A DNA stretch of 63,420 nt, filler included, from Craspedostauros australis (lineage: Eukaryota): assembly GCA_030167865.1 (NCBI GenBank). It is 17 parts of 17 records of this genome, joined end to end, with 100 filler letters (N's around TTAATTAATTAA, not from the genome) between each part and the next. Parts side by side here need not be neighbours in the genome. Positions count along the whole stretch, not along the records: positions 24,425 to 28,295 come from JALAGF010002557.1; positions 28,396 to 37,958 come from JALAGF010002559.1; 15 more parts are not named here. The stretch is one strand, 5' to 3'. Of the stretch, positions 25,708 through 38,058 are shown in pieces; position 1 is the stretch's first letter, and each line of letters starts with the position of its first letter. The position numbers and the translations under genes are program-made. The notes beneath the pieces were generated by a model that worked only from the letters and a program-made list of their open reading frames with translations, was not told the origin of the DNA and did not search any database.

Positions 25708-26499
25708 GTTTGCAGATTATGGGATCATGAAGCGCTGGTTGATGAGCATGTACAACCAGAGAGGAATGTGATGTCTCTTTACTTCCCTGCCGCGGTACCA
25801 CACGAGTACGCGTACGAGTAGGCTATGGCTTGTGTCTTCTCTCTCTCTCTCTCGCTCTTTCCAATGCGATTGAGTGGGCCTCCCCTGTCTTTCCACCACC
25901 ACCGCAAACTCTGTGCTTCTTGTGTCATCGCAAGCGCAGTCCATGTTGGCATTCTTCATGGCTGTCATTGCTGGCATCTCTTCCATCGCGTGCGCTCGTG
26001 AGTTGCTGAGTGGAGATGGAGGTGTGAACGGCCGATGACGTGAATCGCTCTGCTCACCACGTATGGTCACGACTTGGATACGTTTGTTGAGGTACAATCG
26101 CGCACGAACACAGAAGGTTCGTCATCGTAGTGTTCGCTGAGTACTTTGTCCGTCCGTCGTTATTTTGGCTTCCACAACAAAGTCAGCTTAATTCGTTGCA
26201 GTTGGGCATGTCCAAGTCGCGTGAGTGACGTTTTGTCGCGCATCCACAACTGGGATTCGGCGAAATTGTGGTAACCGGTATTGTTGGCACTTCTTGGTCT
26301 GGACGTTTGTCCGCTTCATATTGCGTTCGGGTGGATCTTTTTGCTGACACCGGGTTCGCAAAGTGATGTTCGAAAGGAAAAGAGATCTTCGCAGAGCAAC
26401 GTCCACAACGCCACACGCATGTCAGTACCCGGCCATACAATCACCACCTCCACAAAGATCATCAACATCGCAAAGTGCACCACATCAACAGCTCCGACA

Positions 26500-27423
26500 A
26501 TGAGGCTTCCCGTGGCCGGCTACGGACACCTGCTCTGTCTCTCCCTTGTGGTCCTGCTTGGCGCCCCAGCAGTCTGCTTTCCTCTTTCGCCATCTTCGCG
26601 CACCGAGGCGGGACATTGCGGCAATATCAAGAAGAATGAGGATGAGAATCGTAATGGGGCTGGGGCTGGCAACATCAGCCAACCCACTGAGACAATCAGT
26701 GTATCAAGGAGAGGCTTGTGGAACCAAGCCATCTCTGCCGTTGCCCCGGTTGCTACGGTTGCTGCCATGACAGCAATCGCATTGAATCCAAAGTCGGCCC
26801 TTGCCGCCGAGGCCAGCGGTTCGGCGCCCGCCACGCTGCCTTTCCAGTCATCGGCCAAGATCTCAGCATGGCCAGGCATCGAATACCTGGAGCCGCTGGT
26901 CGAGCTCAAGCTCTCCGTGCAGGCCTTGTCGCAGGCCAGTGCTGACACGTCCAAATATCCCCTGCTTCAAAAGCGCATGGAAAAGTTCTTCCGCGGCGGT
27001 CTAATTTCGGAAAAGAACTACTACGTCGGCCTATCCTTTCAGTACATGAAACAGATCCAGTACGACAAGAATGAGCTTGGGGAGTACGCGAAGTTGGATC
27101 AAACGGAGCGGATCAATAGCATGGAGGACACCATGAAGTCGTTGCAGGCGTTGTTGACGACACTGCAGGAAAGCAGCAAGACCTCGACAGAACAGCAGCA
27201 GCAACCGTACGTCCAAGCGTATGCGCTGCAGGCCAAGCAGAATTTGGACCGTTGGTTCGCGCTGGTGCCATCAGCCGATGTGGAGAAGGCGGAACGGCTG
27301 TTCGTCGCCACACGTCAAGCGGATGCCAATCGCAATGGGAAGTTAGAGGAGTCGGAGCTTGCCACTATGGATGAGGAGAGTCGGGAGGTATGGAAGAAAC
27401 GTGTCGCTCTTGTCGGAGACTAG
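26500..27423 (+). CDS. Putative thylakoid-lumen protein (307-aa precursor) with C-terminal EF-hand
   Basis: Signal peptide ending AVC-F, transit region, twin-Arg SRRGLW plus hydrophobic stretch and ALA cleavage site. EF-hand loop DANRNGKLEESE. Confidence 0.8.
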   Translation: MRLPVAGYGHLLCLSLVVLLGAPAVCFPLSPSSRTEAGHCGNIKKNEDENRNGAGAGNISQPTETISVSRRGLWNQAISAVAPVATVAAMTAIALNPKSALAAEASGSAPATLPFQSSAKISAWPGIEYLEPLVELKLSVQALSQASADTSKYPLLQKRMEKFFRGGLISEKNYYVGLSFQYMKQIQYDKNELGEYAKLDQTERINSMEDTMKSLQALLTTLQESSKTSTEQQQQPYVQAYALQAKQNLDRWFALVPSADVEKAERLFVATRQADANRNGKLEESELATMDEESREVWKKRVALVGD

Positions 27424-27933
27424 AGGATGCAGAGCCATCCGTTGGAGAAGATAGCGCGATGGAGCTCATCGAAGTTGAGCACTTGAAGATGAATCGAGTT
27501 CTTATTTACTATCTGTCAATGATTGCAACGTGTTGGTATGGACGGCGTTGTCATTTCGCTGCGGTTCGCTGCGAGCATCTTGTTCCAGAGTAGTGGCTGG
27601 TGTTCTCATGGCGATAGCAGTAGCTTCTACTATGTATGGTCCCATCGTGGCACATCAGGCAATGCCTGATACTTTACTCCCTGTCTCGGTGAAACCTCTT
27701 TCCATATATATCCTCGTACGAGGAGACAGAGATCCCGCTGGTATGCATAGTCTACGAGTGCGCAGAAGACTGTATCCGAATAGAGAGAGAGAGAGAGAGT
27801 AGTGGTACGTTCTATACAATTTCCAAAAGGAACCAAAATTCCGGAAGAAATTGTCGCAGCAAACACACACGAATAAACAAATCAAAGAAAGACAACAGAC
27901 AGCAAAAATAACCAGTAAAACAACGAACCAACG

Positions 27934-28295
27934 ATGACGACACCGAGGAGCAAGATGACGAGACCGTCAGGCCAAATGCCGATGGAAGCGTACATCCGAG
28001 GAGCAATCAACAACAACAAAACAACAGGAGTGGAGAGAAGAGAAGGAGAGGCGCAAGATGGATTGAGCAGGAGAAGAATTGGACAGGAAACGGGCAAGAA
28101 CGATGGAAAGCAAGGGAGAGGTGCACGAAAAGTCGAGTGCGCAGCGGGGAAGTACTGCAAGGGAAGAGGAAGGGCGGCAGCAGCAGTCAGGTGCATCACG
28201 TGCGGAGAGCCGGCACACAGAGAGTGCAGGGCATGGATTCGGCCAGAGGAAGGGCTGACAACACCAAGAGGGTTCCCGGTGATCTGCAACCAATG
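27934..28295 (+). CDS. Truncated ORF with PHD-like Cys/His cluster, possibly the first ORF of a non-LTR element
   Basis: CAAGKYC..CITC...AHREC...VICNQ spacing. Purine-rich, and preceded by an A-rich leader that begins after (GA)n at about 27782-27799. Confidence 0.4.
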
Positions 28296-28395
28296 NNNNN
28301 NNNNNNNNNNNNNNNNNNNNNNNNNNNNNNNNNNNNNNNTTAATTAATTAANNNNNNNNNNNNNNNNNNNNNNNNNNNNNNNNNNNNNNNNNNNN

Positions 28396-28816
28396 GTCAC
28401 CACGTCGACAGCTGTCTCCAAGTCAGAGCAGGAGGCAAAGATGCGATGACCCATGAAGATCATGGATACTGAAGGTGAATTTCAAATGGTAAGTACTCAT
28501 GGAGTAGAAACCAGTACTGAATGAACAGAGTGTCGAATGCGGAGTACGCATCGAACACGGAGTATCGTGTAGCACGAGCACACGATGTTGAGAGAGAGAG
28601 AGAGAATACAGAGAGGAGCGAGAGAGGATCTCGCGTACCGACTCATAGTCGGAGACTGAATCTACGAAACAGATTGAAGCGCCGAGAGCATCGGGCAAGA
28701 GAACGAACGGACACCGAGAGTATCGGAGTGCCAACATAATGAAATAGCAAACAGACGACTATCAACCAACACCATCTTCCACGATCGTAGGTTACCGAGA
28801 GCGGAACTTGCCAACA
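28396..28816 (+). mobile_element. 3' portion of an LTR of the family at 39306-42152, ending ...GCCAACA
   Basis: Reverse-complement match to 40083-40513 and 41468-41883. Beyond CCAACA, and one further shared C, the sequence is unrelated copia coding DNA. Confidence 0.85.
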
Positions 28817-29512
28817 CACGAGTGACACCTTTCGATCCAGTCACCAGAACTCACCGGAGCAGTACGGTTCCATCGGACTACGCGCAACTACCCAACGACA
28901 TGGATGACGGAGACCATCACAATCCATACAACGAAGACGGAGTTCACGAAGACGACGACGACGGCAGCTTTGACGACGAGATAGCTGCGGCAGCCGTGGA
29001 GCAGCTCCACGAACTGAGCACCAGATACAAGGACAAGGTCAACAAAGACACCTGGCTCGCCGACAGCGGAGCTTCGTGTCACATCGTCAACTCGGACGCC
29101 GCTCTCTTCAACGTGCGGTACATCAAATCCTTCGTCCAAGTGGGAGACAGCACGAAGCTGGATTCTCCCAAGATGGGATCCATTTGCTTGAAGGTCAAGC
29201 AACAAGACAACATTGGCCACATCATCCAGCTCGATGATGTGAAGTACACACCGAAAATGGCGGTGAACCTTTTCTCTACGAACAAGGCTCTGTACAACGG
29301 TTACCAGCTTGGTAACAACGGCATTCTGATGGACATCATCAACAGATCCGGAACAAAGATCGTGTTCGATCGAGTCTTCCCCACATCCAACGAATTCATC
29401 ACGGGAGTGCAGATGCATCCCATCATGCCAACCGACGACGATAAGGCTTCCACAGCCATCATCAAGAACCCATCCAAGGAGATCAACGCGGTGAACTTGC
29501 ATCGAATGCTCG
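28817..29512 (+). mobile_element. Copia pol fragment (protease to pre-integrase), cut on both sides by other LTR elements
   Basis: TWLADSGASCHIVN, VKYTPKMAVNLFS and LHRML|, broken just before the expected GH. Confidence 0.88.
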
Positions 29513-30044
29513 TAATAGAGCTAAACTAGTACCCATATTAGAGAGAGAGACTACGAATCACCCGACTCGTCAGCATTCGAGTAGATCGAACAAATACTTC
29601 ACTGGCCCCCACGTTTGGGGACAGATCCAGAACCTTGAAGCAGATCTTTGGAACTCGTGTCAGGGAACCAATAGGGTTCCGATAACCAAGTTTCTGACAC
29701 CCACCATCGCCAAAACGCCGACACATGGAAACAGAACCCCAGCAACGCGCATCATCGCCCATTGTCTCTCACGGAACTCAGACAACGGATCTCGATCCAC
29801 AGTACTTGGGCTACATGACCCATACGCATTGTCATTCAGGACACCACAGGAGATCCTCCCTGCAGGGAAGAACCATAGCACTAATCTCATAATCCGCACG
29901 TGTCTTCACCCATCATTAGTATTCTCAATTGACTACTTGTGATCCTGAAGACTCTTGTTCAGACCCGCTTGCCAATCAAGCCTCTACAGCCAACACCAGC
30001 TAACAAGTGATAAGCCATAACGTCCAGGCTCTATTAGATTATCA
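29513..30044 (+). repeat. 5' LTR of nested copia element; starts TA, right end either 30036 (..GCTCTATTA) or 30044 (..GATTATCA)
   Basis: Left edge defined by the break in the host ORF and by the related copy at 23657. 9-bp inverted repeat TAATAGAGC/GCTCTATTA. GATTATCA matches the TSD-defined end of the 3003-3716 insert. Confidence 0.8.
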
Positions 30045-30081
30045 GCCGAAAAAGATTGTCAAGCTCTTAGACCTCTACAAG

Positions 30082-33000
30082 ATGACCGTCACCAACCACC
30101 TCCATCTCTCCAACCGGCCACCTCCCAAGAGGAACCCAGGAGACAGGACCCAAGCCTTCGAGACCGTCCCCGCAGACCCGAAGGACCCAAGCCTCTCCGC
30201 CATCCTCGATGGCACGCCAGGCTACCCAACGGCTGGGCCATCCTCGCTCTCCTTCATGGAGATTGGAGATAGCTTCGTCGAAGTCACCTTCCGACACCCC
30301 ATCATTGTAGATGCATGGAATCGAAAGGAGAGAACCTATGAAACCGAAATCGTGCGCCACGTCCACAAGACTACCTGGAACGCGTTCACGGAACTCAAGC
30401 AGGAGTTCAGGATCAGCATCGAAACCGCCATGATCTTCGATCTCTTCCCACCCAAGACCCTCGCAGAAGAGAAAACCATCTCCCAACTGTTGAGCACTAT
30501 CCACAAAGAAACCACTGACATGACCCTGGCATCAATCATGGTCAACTTCAAGGACCCAGACGACGTTGCAAGAAACTATGAGATGGAACTCTTCATCTAC
30601 CACATTGGAGAATGGGTCAGATCCATCGATGTGGAGGAAGAATCCACTCTCGAATCCACCCTTGACGCGATGTTCGCCAACATGGCCACCACCGCCAAAA
30701 CCATGGCAGACTTCAGCCGTTCCGAAAGATGCGGAAAACGCCACCACAGCAAAGCATGGACGGACGCCATCGTGAAACACAAGGAGCTACTCTCAAGCGC
30801 ATCCGCGACCAGCATCTCATCTGGGTCAGAGGCATCTACCTGCAGAACTGGACGCGACAACGACAGTCACCCAGGAGGAACTCCATCTGGGTTCTCTCTC
30901 ATGCTCGGTGGGAACACCCTGCACCGTACCCCACCCGACTTCCCGAACGAAACCCAACTCTCCAGCATCGCCAAGCAAGGATCACCAAACACGTCCCCAG
31001 TAGCCATCGACACTCGCGGTACCACCCCGCCCAACGAAAGTACCGAACCAGGCACTGACTACAACCAACACCCTGGTAACAACAACATCGCAGAAGTACC
31101 TGCCAACCGCGGCTCCACAGGACGGAACAGACTTTTCCCCAACGTGGACCCAGCAACGATCGGTGACTACGATCGTAACCCACCCGGCGCCAAGGCAGTA
31201 ACCTTTGCCCCCGAAACAACCACCAGAGGTCCAGGAGGCACCAACGCACCCCGGATGAATTACCCAGAGAACGATGGGGACCGTCCACCTCACGATCGGA
31301 ACCCGCATCCCTACCATGGTACCGCGGACACACCAGCCTCACATGGCACGGGTAACTATCGAGGTAACAACGGGCACGAGCCCGTAAACCGAAATCCTGC
31401 CGGTAACCCAAACGCGAACCATGGGACAAGCTGCCCGCACTGTGACAACCATGGACCACCAGGTAACCATGGACACAACGGAAGCAACCCTTATGGGCAC
31501 CCCCTAACATGGGGAATCATTTCCCTCATGGTCCACCGCTTCCGATGTACCATGGAACCCACCCAGGAGGATTCCCACCCATCGGAATTCCTATCCCCAT
31601 GGGCCATTTTCCCCCTGGAACCGGAGGCTTCCCAGTACCGCAAGGAGCCTTCACCCCTGTTGGACATCCTCACCCTGGGTATCCGCCACGACCACCCGTG
31701 TATGGGTACCGCCCAACCGACCCCAATGGAGGCTTCGAAAGGCATGACTCACACAACATGGGCCCGAACGTCCAACACGGGCAACGCGGATCCGGGTATG
31801 CATCCCATGAAGGATCCACCCACAACGAACCACCAATCGCCCAGGCCAAGCTAACGAAGCGACGCCCCATCCCTGACTCCGTCAAGTTCACGAGTGATGC
31901 GGCATCCTTCCAAGTGGTGAAACACCAAATCCATGCTCATCTCCTTGGAAACAACATGGCGTACCTGATCAACGATCAGTTTTGGCACAAGTATCATCCC
32001 CAAGGAATCCACGCGATCAGGGAATATATTGATCCAGTGACAGGGGTGTCAACAACCACCTCCCCAGAGCAGGTTGCGAGCGACGTCAGGACCTTATTTG
32101 CAGGACTATACTCCGTCTTCGCCGGCGGCCCAGCACATGGACTTGCCACCAGAGGACTTCTCACCGAGGACGGTATCCTATTCTGGAACGAGCTCCTAAA
32201 CACCTACGATAACGACTGGATCCAAGGAATGGAGGTCGACTCTCTGATGAAGAGGGTACACGACTTCAACCCCAGCAGACAGGACCTGGGATCCTACGTG
32301 AAGGAAATCCAGGATATATTCGCGAACGTGAATTTCCTGGCGACTAACCCGGATCAACAAGTCTCCGACGCGCAACAACGCCGCACGCTCCTTAACCATC
32401 TCATCGGTTGCGACGACATCAATGTACGCACTATGGTCCGGAGCATCGAGCGAAGCCCGGACATGCAGTCAATGGGAACCACCTGCATGTACCTCATCTC
32501 CGAGTCCGCCAGAGACACTGCGGTAGCCAACAACCAGCGGGGATCAAGGTCCGGCAAACGCAGGATCTTCAAGGCAACCGCCGAAGCCAACCAAGATCAA
32601 GCTGAATCCAACACCGAGATGGTCATCAATGCCATCTCGAAGAAGCTACAGGAAGATCCCACCTTCATCTCGCAAGAGGTATTCGATGGACTACCCGAAA
32701 AGGTCCGTCGAGTGATCATGAAACTCCGCAGCTCCCTCCGTTGGGCCCGCCACAACAATGACCGGAACGGATCCGGGTTCACCCGCGTCGAGAACAAGAA
32801 GGAGCAGGATGACACCCAACCACCTGCCAGCGTGAAGCCCCCAGAGAAAGGGGAGGAAACCAAGCCACACAAACAGTATGGAGGCGTCACTCACGCGAAC
32901 CTGGCCAGGTACACCCCGGAATCTACCGAGGGAACCGAACCCCAGGACGAGAATGGCTCAGATCTGTCCTCAATTGACGCCTCGGAACTTGCCAAGTTTC

Positions 33001-36000
33001 TTGTCGACTATGGAGGATACGAGCACAATGGCAACGACCGGCTCGTGAAGATGATCACAATGAGTGATTCATCTGACGCCACAAGCCCCGTCGACCCACC
33101 AGCATCCAAACAACGCCAATCAGTACCCGAACAGCTGATCAACCTGGCGACCTTTTCCCCGCAAACATACGCAGTATGCGACGGCGGCGCACAATGCTGC
33201 GTCATTGGGAACAAGGACCGAGTCTGGAAGATTGACTACGTATACCCGCATCGGACGTACAACATCGTCGGCGCCGTGGCAAGCACGATGAGGAAGAACA
33301 ACCTCGCGGTGGTTGACGCGAGCGTCAAGGCCAGGACCAGGGAAGGCAACGAAGTGATCCTCCGGATCTACGAAGCCGCCCTGAACGACGACAGCCGGGT
33401 AACGCTGCTCTCCGACCACCAAATCCGGGCCAGTGGAACCGTCCTCGATACGGTTTCGTCGGAACACCGGGCATCGTTCTCGACACCAGGCACAGGAAGA
33501 CAGTGCCTGATGCCTGACGAGGACACGACGATCAACTTGGAGATGCGAGACGCGCTGATGACGTTCGACGTTTTCCCCATCATGGAAGACGACGAAGGCC
33601 TACCCACACACGACATCACTCCAAAGCAAGGATGGAACCCTTCGGATCACCAAGGAGGACACGTATGCAACGTGCCCATGGGTTGCTACCTTACCAGGGA
33701 CCCAATCGGAGGAGAAAAGGTAGTTGATTGGGATGGCCGACCTGATGCACCGCATGACGCTGGAGCAATGGATACAGGCGCCCACAACGCATCGATGGAC
33801 CCCATGGAACCCAGGACAGGCCAGGCCAAGGACGGCACCCCGGATAGTCCCATAGAGGGACGAGAACCCATGGACCCCAACGCCTGTCATCCAGATGAGC
33901 ACGCCACAGGAGACCCCAACCATGTGAACCAGCAGTACCCCAAAGTGGACGCATTCCTTGACACTCTAAGTCTCGAGGAGCTCATCGGAATGTCACATGC
34001 ATTTGACACGGTAACGTTCGCGAAATCGGCCACCAACACGGCCATCTCGATCCAAGGCACCCTCTTCGACCTGGTGGACAATCTCTCTGCGGGAGACATC
34101 GATCACCTATACAGGAAGCTAGGCATCGATCGCAAGGCTAACGCGGTAGGAACGGACCAAAAAGGATACACCGAGCCAACCAACGTACCACCAACAAAGG
34201 TACCAGACCTGGATGACGAGGCAGACAGCGCCATCTCATCCTTACACTCGGTAGGATCCGAACCGGCGTTCCAGAGAAATCGGGAGACATTTCGCATTCC
34301 CAACGAGATTGGCGTGACCAAGGCAACACGCGCTGACACCCTCCGGGGTGACCCACGAAGCATACCTAAATACCATGGGCACACCAAAAGCGAGAACCCC
34401 GCCGGCACTGATGACCCGGGAAAGGATAATCCCATGAACACCATGGACCGACACCCTGCGGAAGCCATGACCGAGTACAGCCACCAAGGGTTTCCTTTCC
34501 GAGCTAAGTGGAAGTCCATCGATCTTCACAAGATCCGACCGTACCTCGGGTACCTACCCACGCACGTGATCAAACAGACCCTCGTCAGAACCACACAACT
34601 CATGCGGGCAGTGATCACCTACCCTATGCAACGACACAAAAAGTCCAGGTTCGAGTGGATGCGACGACAACGAATCCGGGAAATCGTGGCGACAGACACC
34701 ATATTCTCCAACGTCAAGTCCTTTGGAGACGGATACTCCATGGCGCAAATCTTCTACGGGACATCCTCCCACATGATCAACGCATACGGCCTGAAGAAAA
34801 AGGAAGGGGTTTTCGTTGCCTTCCAAGATTTCATCAGAACAGAGGGAGCACCATGGGCCTTCCACAGCGACAACGCGAAGGAACAGACCGGAGAGAAGGT
34901 CCTCAAGCTTCTTAGGGACCTCCACATCAAATCAAGGCTGACAGAACCGCACAACCAGCAACAGAACCCGGCCGAGCACAACGCCATCCTGTACATGAAG
35001 CGATGTGTCACGACNCTCATTGACCGGACAGGGGCACCACCAAAAGCATGGTTCCACGCTTTCCGATACATGTGCTACGTGCACAACCATACATCAGACC
35101 CGTCCCTACGGTACGCAATCCCGTACACCGTACGACACGGAGAGACTGTTGACATCTCTGCGCTCTTGACTTTCCAATTCTACGAGAAGGTCCCGTACCA
35201 TGACCCCAACGCTACCTTCCTGAACTCGAAGGAGAAATCAGGATACTGGCTTGATGCAGCAGAGTCCCATGGGGATTTCCTCACCTACCACGTGCTGGAT
35301 GATGAATCTTGACGAGTACTGGTACGGAGCGTGGTCCGCCCCTTCCGGAAGGGTATACACAACAACAGGCGTGTCACCTTCGACCAAGACATGGACCCCG
35401 AGGCGGATAACCCCAGCACACGGACCCCGCTGGAACTGTCTGGTACCCCACAAGGATGGAAGACCAAGATCCCACCGAAAAGAGGGTATGCAGCGACGGC
35501 CAAGACGACACACCCACGGACATGGGAGAACAAGGCCAACAGGACGACACGACCCGGCGGGATCCCGGACTCAGGGGAGGCACGGAACACAGGGCCCGTC
35601 ACCCAATCCCAAACACGGACCAAACGGACGACAAGACACCCACGACACGCACCGCCGAGAAGGACAAACCGCAAACAAACCGCGATACGCCAGACAGGGG
35701 AGACTCCACCCAGGATCTTTGTACCTTCCATGTTCGTCGGGACCACCATCATACCAGCGCATGGATGACGGCCCCGAAGAAAGGGGAGGGAATAAGAGGA
35801 CCAAGCAAAACAAATGATCCGTTTTGTCCACAGGCACCAGGAGAGGCATCCCATGGAAGAACATCATACATGGAACAATCAGATCCATAATCCAGACCAT
35901 CTCAGCGAATCCAGTCACGACAGGCGTGAATACCGCGCCACCGCAAAGGGTACCCACCCTAACAAACCATCCAGGGAACCCGAGGCACAACCCACCAGGG

Positions 36001-37958
36001 TGTTACACGAACATCCCATGGGACACGACATCCATCTCTTTTGCCTGCAACCTCACAGCAACAGAAGTCAACCAACTTGCATACCTGGCCCAGTGTGACC
36101 AGTACACCGAAAGAGACAACTTCATCCTCGATGGAAGGAACCTCAACTGGAAGGCAAGGGGAATCACCTGCCACCATCACGAGACACGAGAGGATGGGAC
36201 TACCGAAGAAATCCTAGAGATCCTATGGATGAACAGAATGCAATCATGGTGCAGGATGGGAGATCTAAGGGCCCAACAGCCGGACATCATCATCGATTAC
36301 ACCGAGCAGAACCGCTTACAGGACCAGAAAGGGTTCGAATGGGTGGAACTCCACATAGCAAGGAACCAACACATGTGATCAATGCTAGCCACCAAACTGG
36401 CGAACCACCGCCCAGGAAACAAGTACAAGTTCGGCACCCTGGTACCCAACAGCCTGAAACACGCCATGGCTATCGACAGGCTCAACGGAAACGGATTTTG
36501 GAGCGAAGCCATCAACAAGGAACTGGACCAGATCAAGCGGTTGGGAACCTTCAGACAACCAAGACCGAACGAAACACTCGACGGATACACCAAGATCCCA
36601 TACCACATCGTATACGATGTGAAGTTCGACCTACGTCGAAAGGCGAGACTAGTGGCAAACGGAAACAAGACATCCCCACCAACGGAAGACGTATACTCAG
36701 GAGTGGTAGCATCAGATACCATTCGAATCGCCTTCGCCATCGCAGCAGCCAATGGACTGAGGGCATACGCAGGCGACATAGGGAACGCGTTCCTATACAC
36801 AGATACCCTCGAGAAATGCTACATCCAGGCAGGACCGGAGTTTGACGACCTCGAAGGCAAACCCCTCATCATCCAAAAGGGACTCTACGGCCTGAGGACA
36901 TCAAGTGCGAGGTTCCACGAACACTTCGCGGACACCCTTCGAACCATGGGATTCCTACCCTCCAAAGCCGATAACGACATTTACACCCGAGAAGCCGACG
37001 ACCACTACGAGATGATCACCACATACGTGGATGACGTACTGGTCTTCAGCAAGGATCCCATCCCAATCATCGACAACCTCAACAAACGGTACACCATGAA
37101 GCAATGCGGTGACCCAGAGTACTACCTTGGCGGAAACATCGTCGACCTTCCCAAGAACTGGAAGGACAGGGGAGTCAACATCGGACTCTCGGCCCAGACA
37201 TACATCGGAAACGTCATCAAACGAGTGGAGCAACTGGTAGGGAAGACAATCCCAAAGGCATCCACTCCCATGGTAGAGGCCTGTCACCCAGAAAGCGACA
37301 CCTCGGACTTCACAAGCGCTGAAGACGCCAGGACCTACCGATCAATACTGGGTTGCCTCAATTGGGTCGTGACCCTCGGGAGGTTGGACATCCAATATGC
37401 CACGACGACTATGGCGCGGTTCGCTATGGCACCAAGGGAAGGACATCTCCTGACCATCCAACGTATCATTGGGTACCTCAAAGGTTGAGAAAGGGGAGCC
37501 ATCCTCTGCGACCCCAACCCCGTGGACCACACAAACATCAACACTACCCTCTCAAGCCATTGGAGAGAATTCTACCCTACCGCAGCAGAAGTCACCCCCG
37601 TATCAGTACCAACACCAAAAGGGAAACCGATCCAAATCACGTGTTACGTGGACGCCGACCATGGCCATGACCAGGTCACACGGAAGTCCATGACGGGCGT
37701 GGTACTATTGATCAACAACACCATCGTCAAGACCATCTGCAAGCGACAGAACACAGTGGAGACATCCACCTACNGATCCGAATTGGTAGCNGCCAGNATA
37801 GCTACCGAGGCGGTCACAGGTCTGCGCTACATGCTGAGAGACCTCGGAGTCCCCATCGACGGACCCGCAATCATGCTCGGAGACAACAAAGCGGTGGTAC
37901 TCAACACTACGGTCCCATCCTCGACACTGAAGAAGAAACACTGCTCATTGGCTTTCCA
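30082..37958 (+). pseudogene. Near full-length CoDi-type copia gag-pol, disrupted (frameshift near 31500, shift(s) in 35400-36000, TGA at 35310, 36376 and 37486)
   Basis: Gag core (DGILFWNELL..YD), protease AVCDGGAQCC, integrase VATDTIF/HSDNAKE/QNPAE, RT KYKFG..RRKARLVANG..YVDDVL and RNase H YVDADHG..KRQNTVETST..GDNKAV..LKKKH. Confidence 0.93.
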
Positions 37959-38058
37959 NNNNNNNNNNNNNNNNNNNNNNNNNNNNNNNNNNNNNNNNNN
38001 NNTTAATTAATTAANNNNNNNNNNNNNNNNNNNNNNNNNNNNNNNNNNNNNNNNNNNN

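Noticed and set aside
28817..28830. Internal deletion derivative joining a 5' UTR to protease
   Set aside because: The breakpoint coincides with a canonical CCAACA LTR end, so nested insertion explains it better.
35310..37488. TGA reassigned to an amino acid (alternative genetic code)
   Set aside because: Host genes (HSF, STAND ATPase) terminate in TGA, and the element also has frameshifts, so decay is the simpler explanation.
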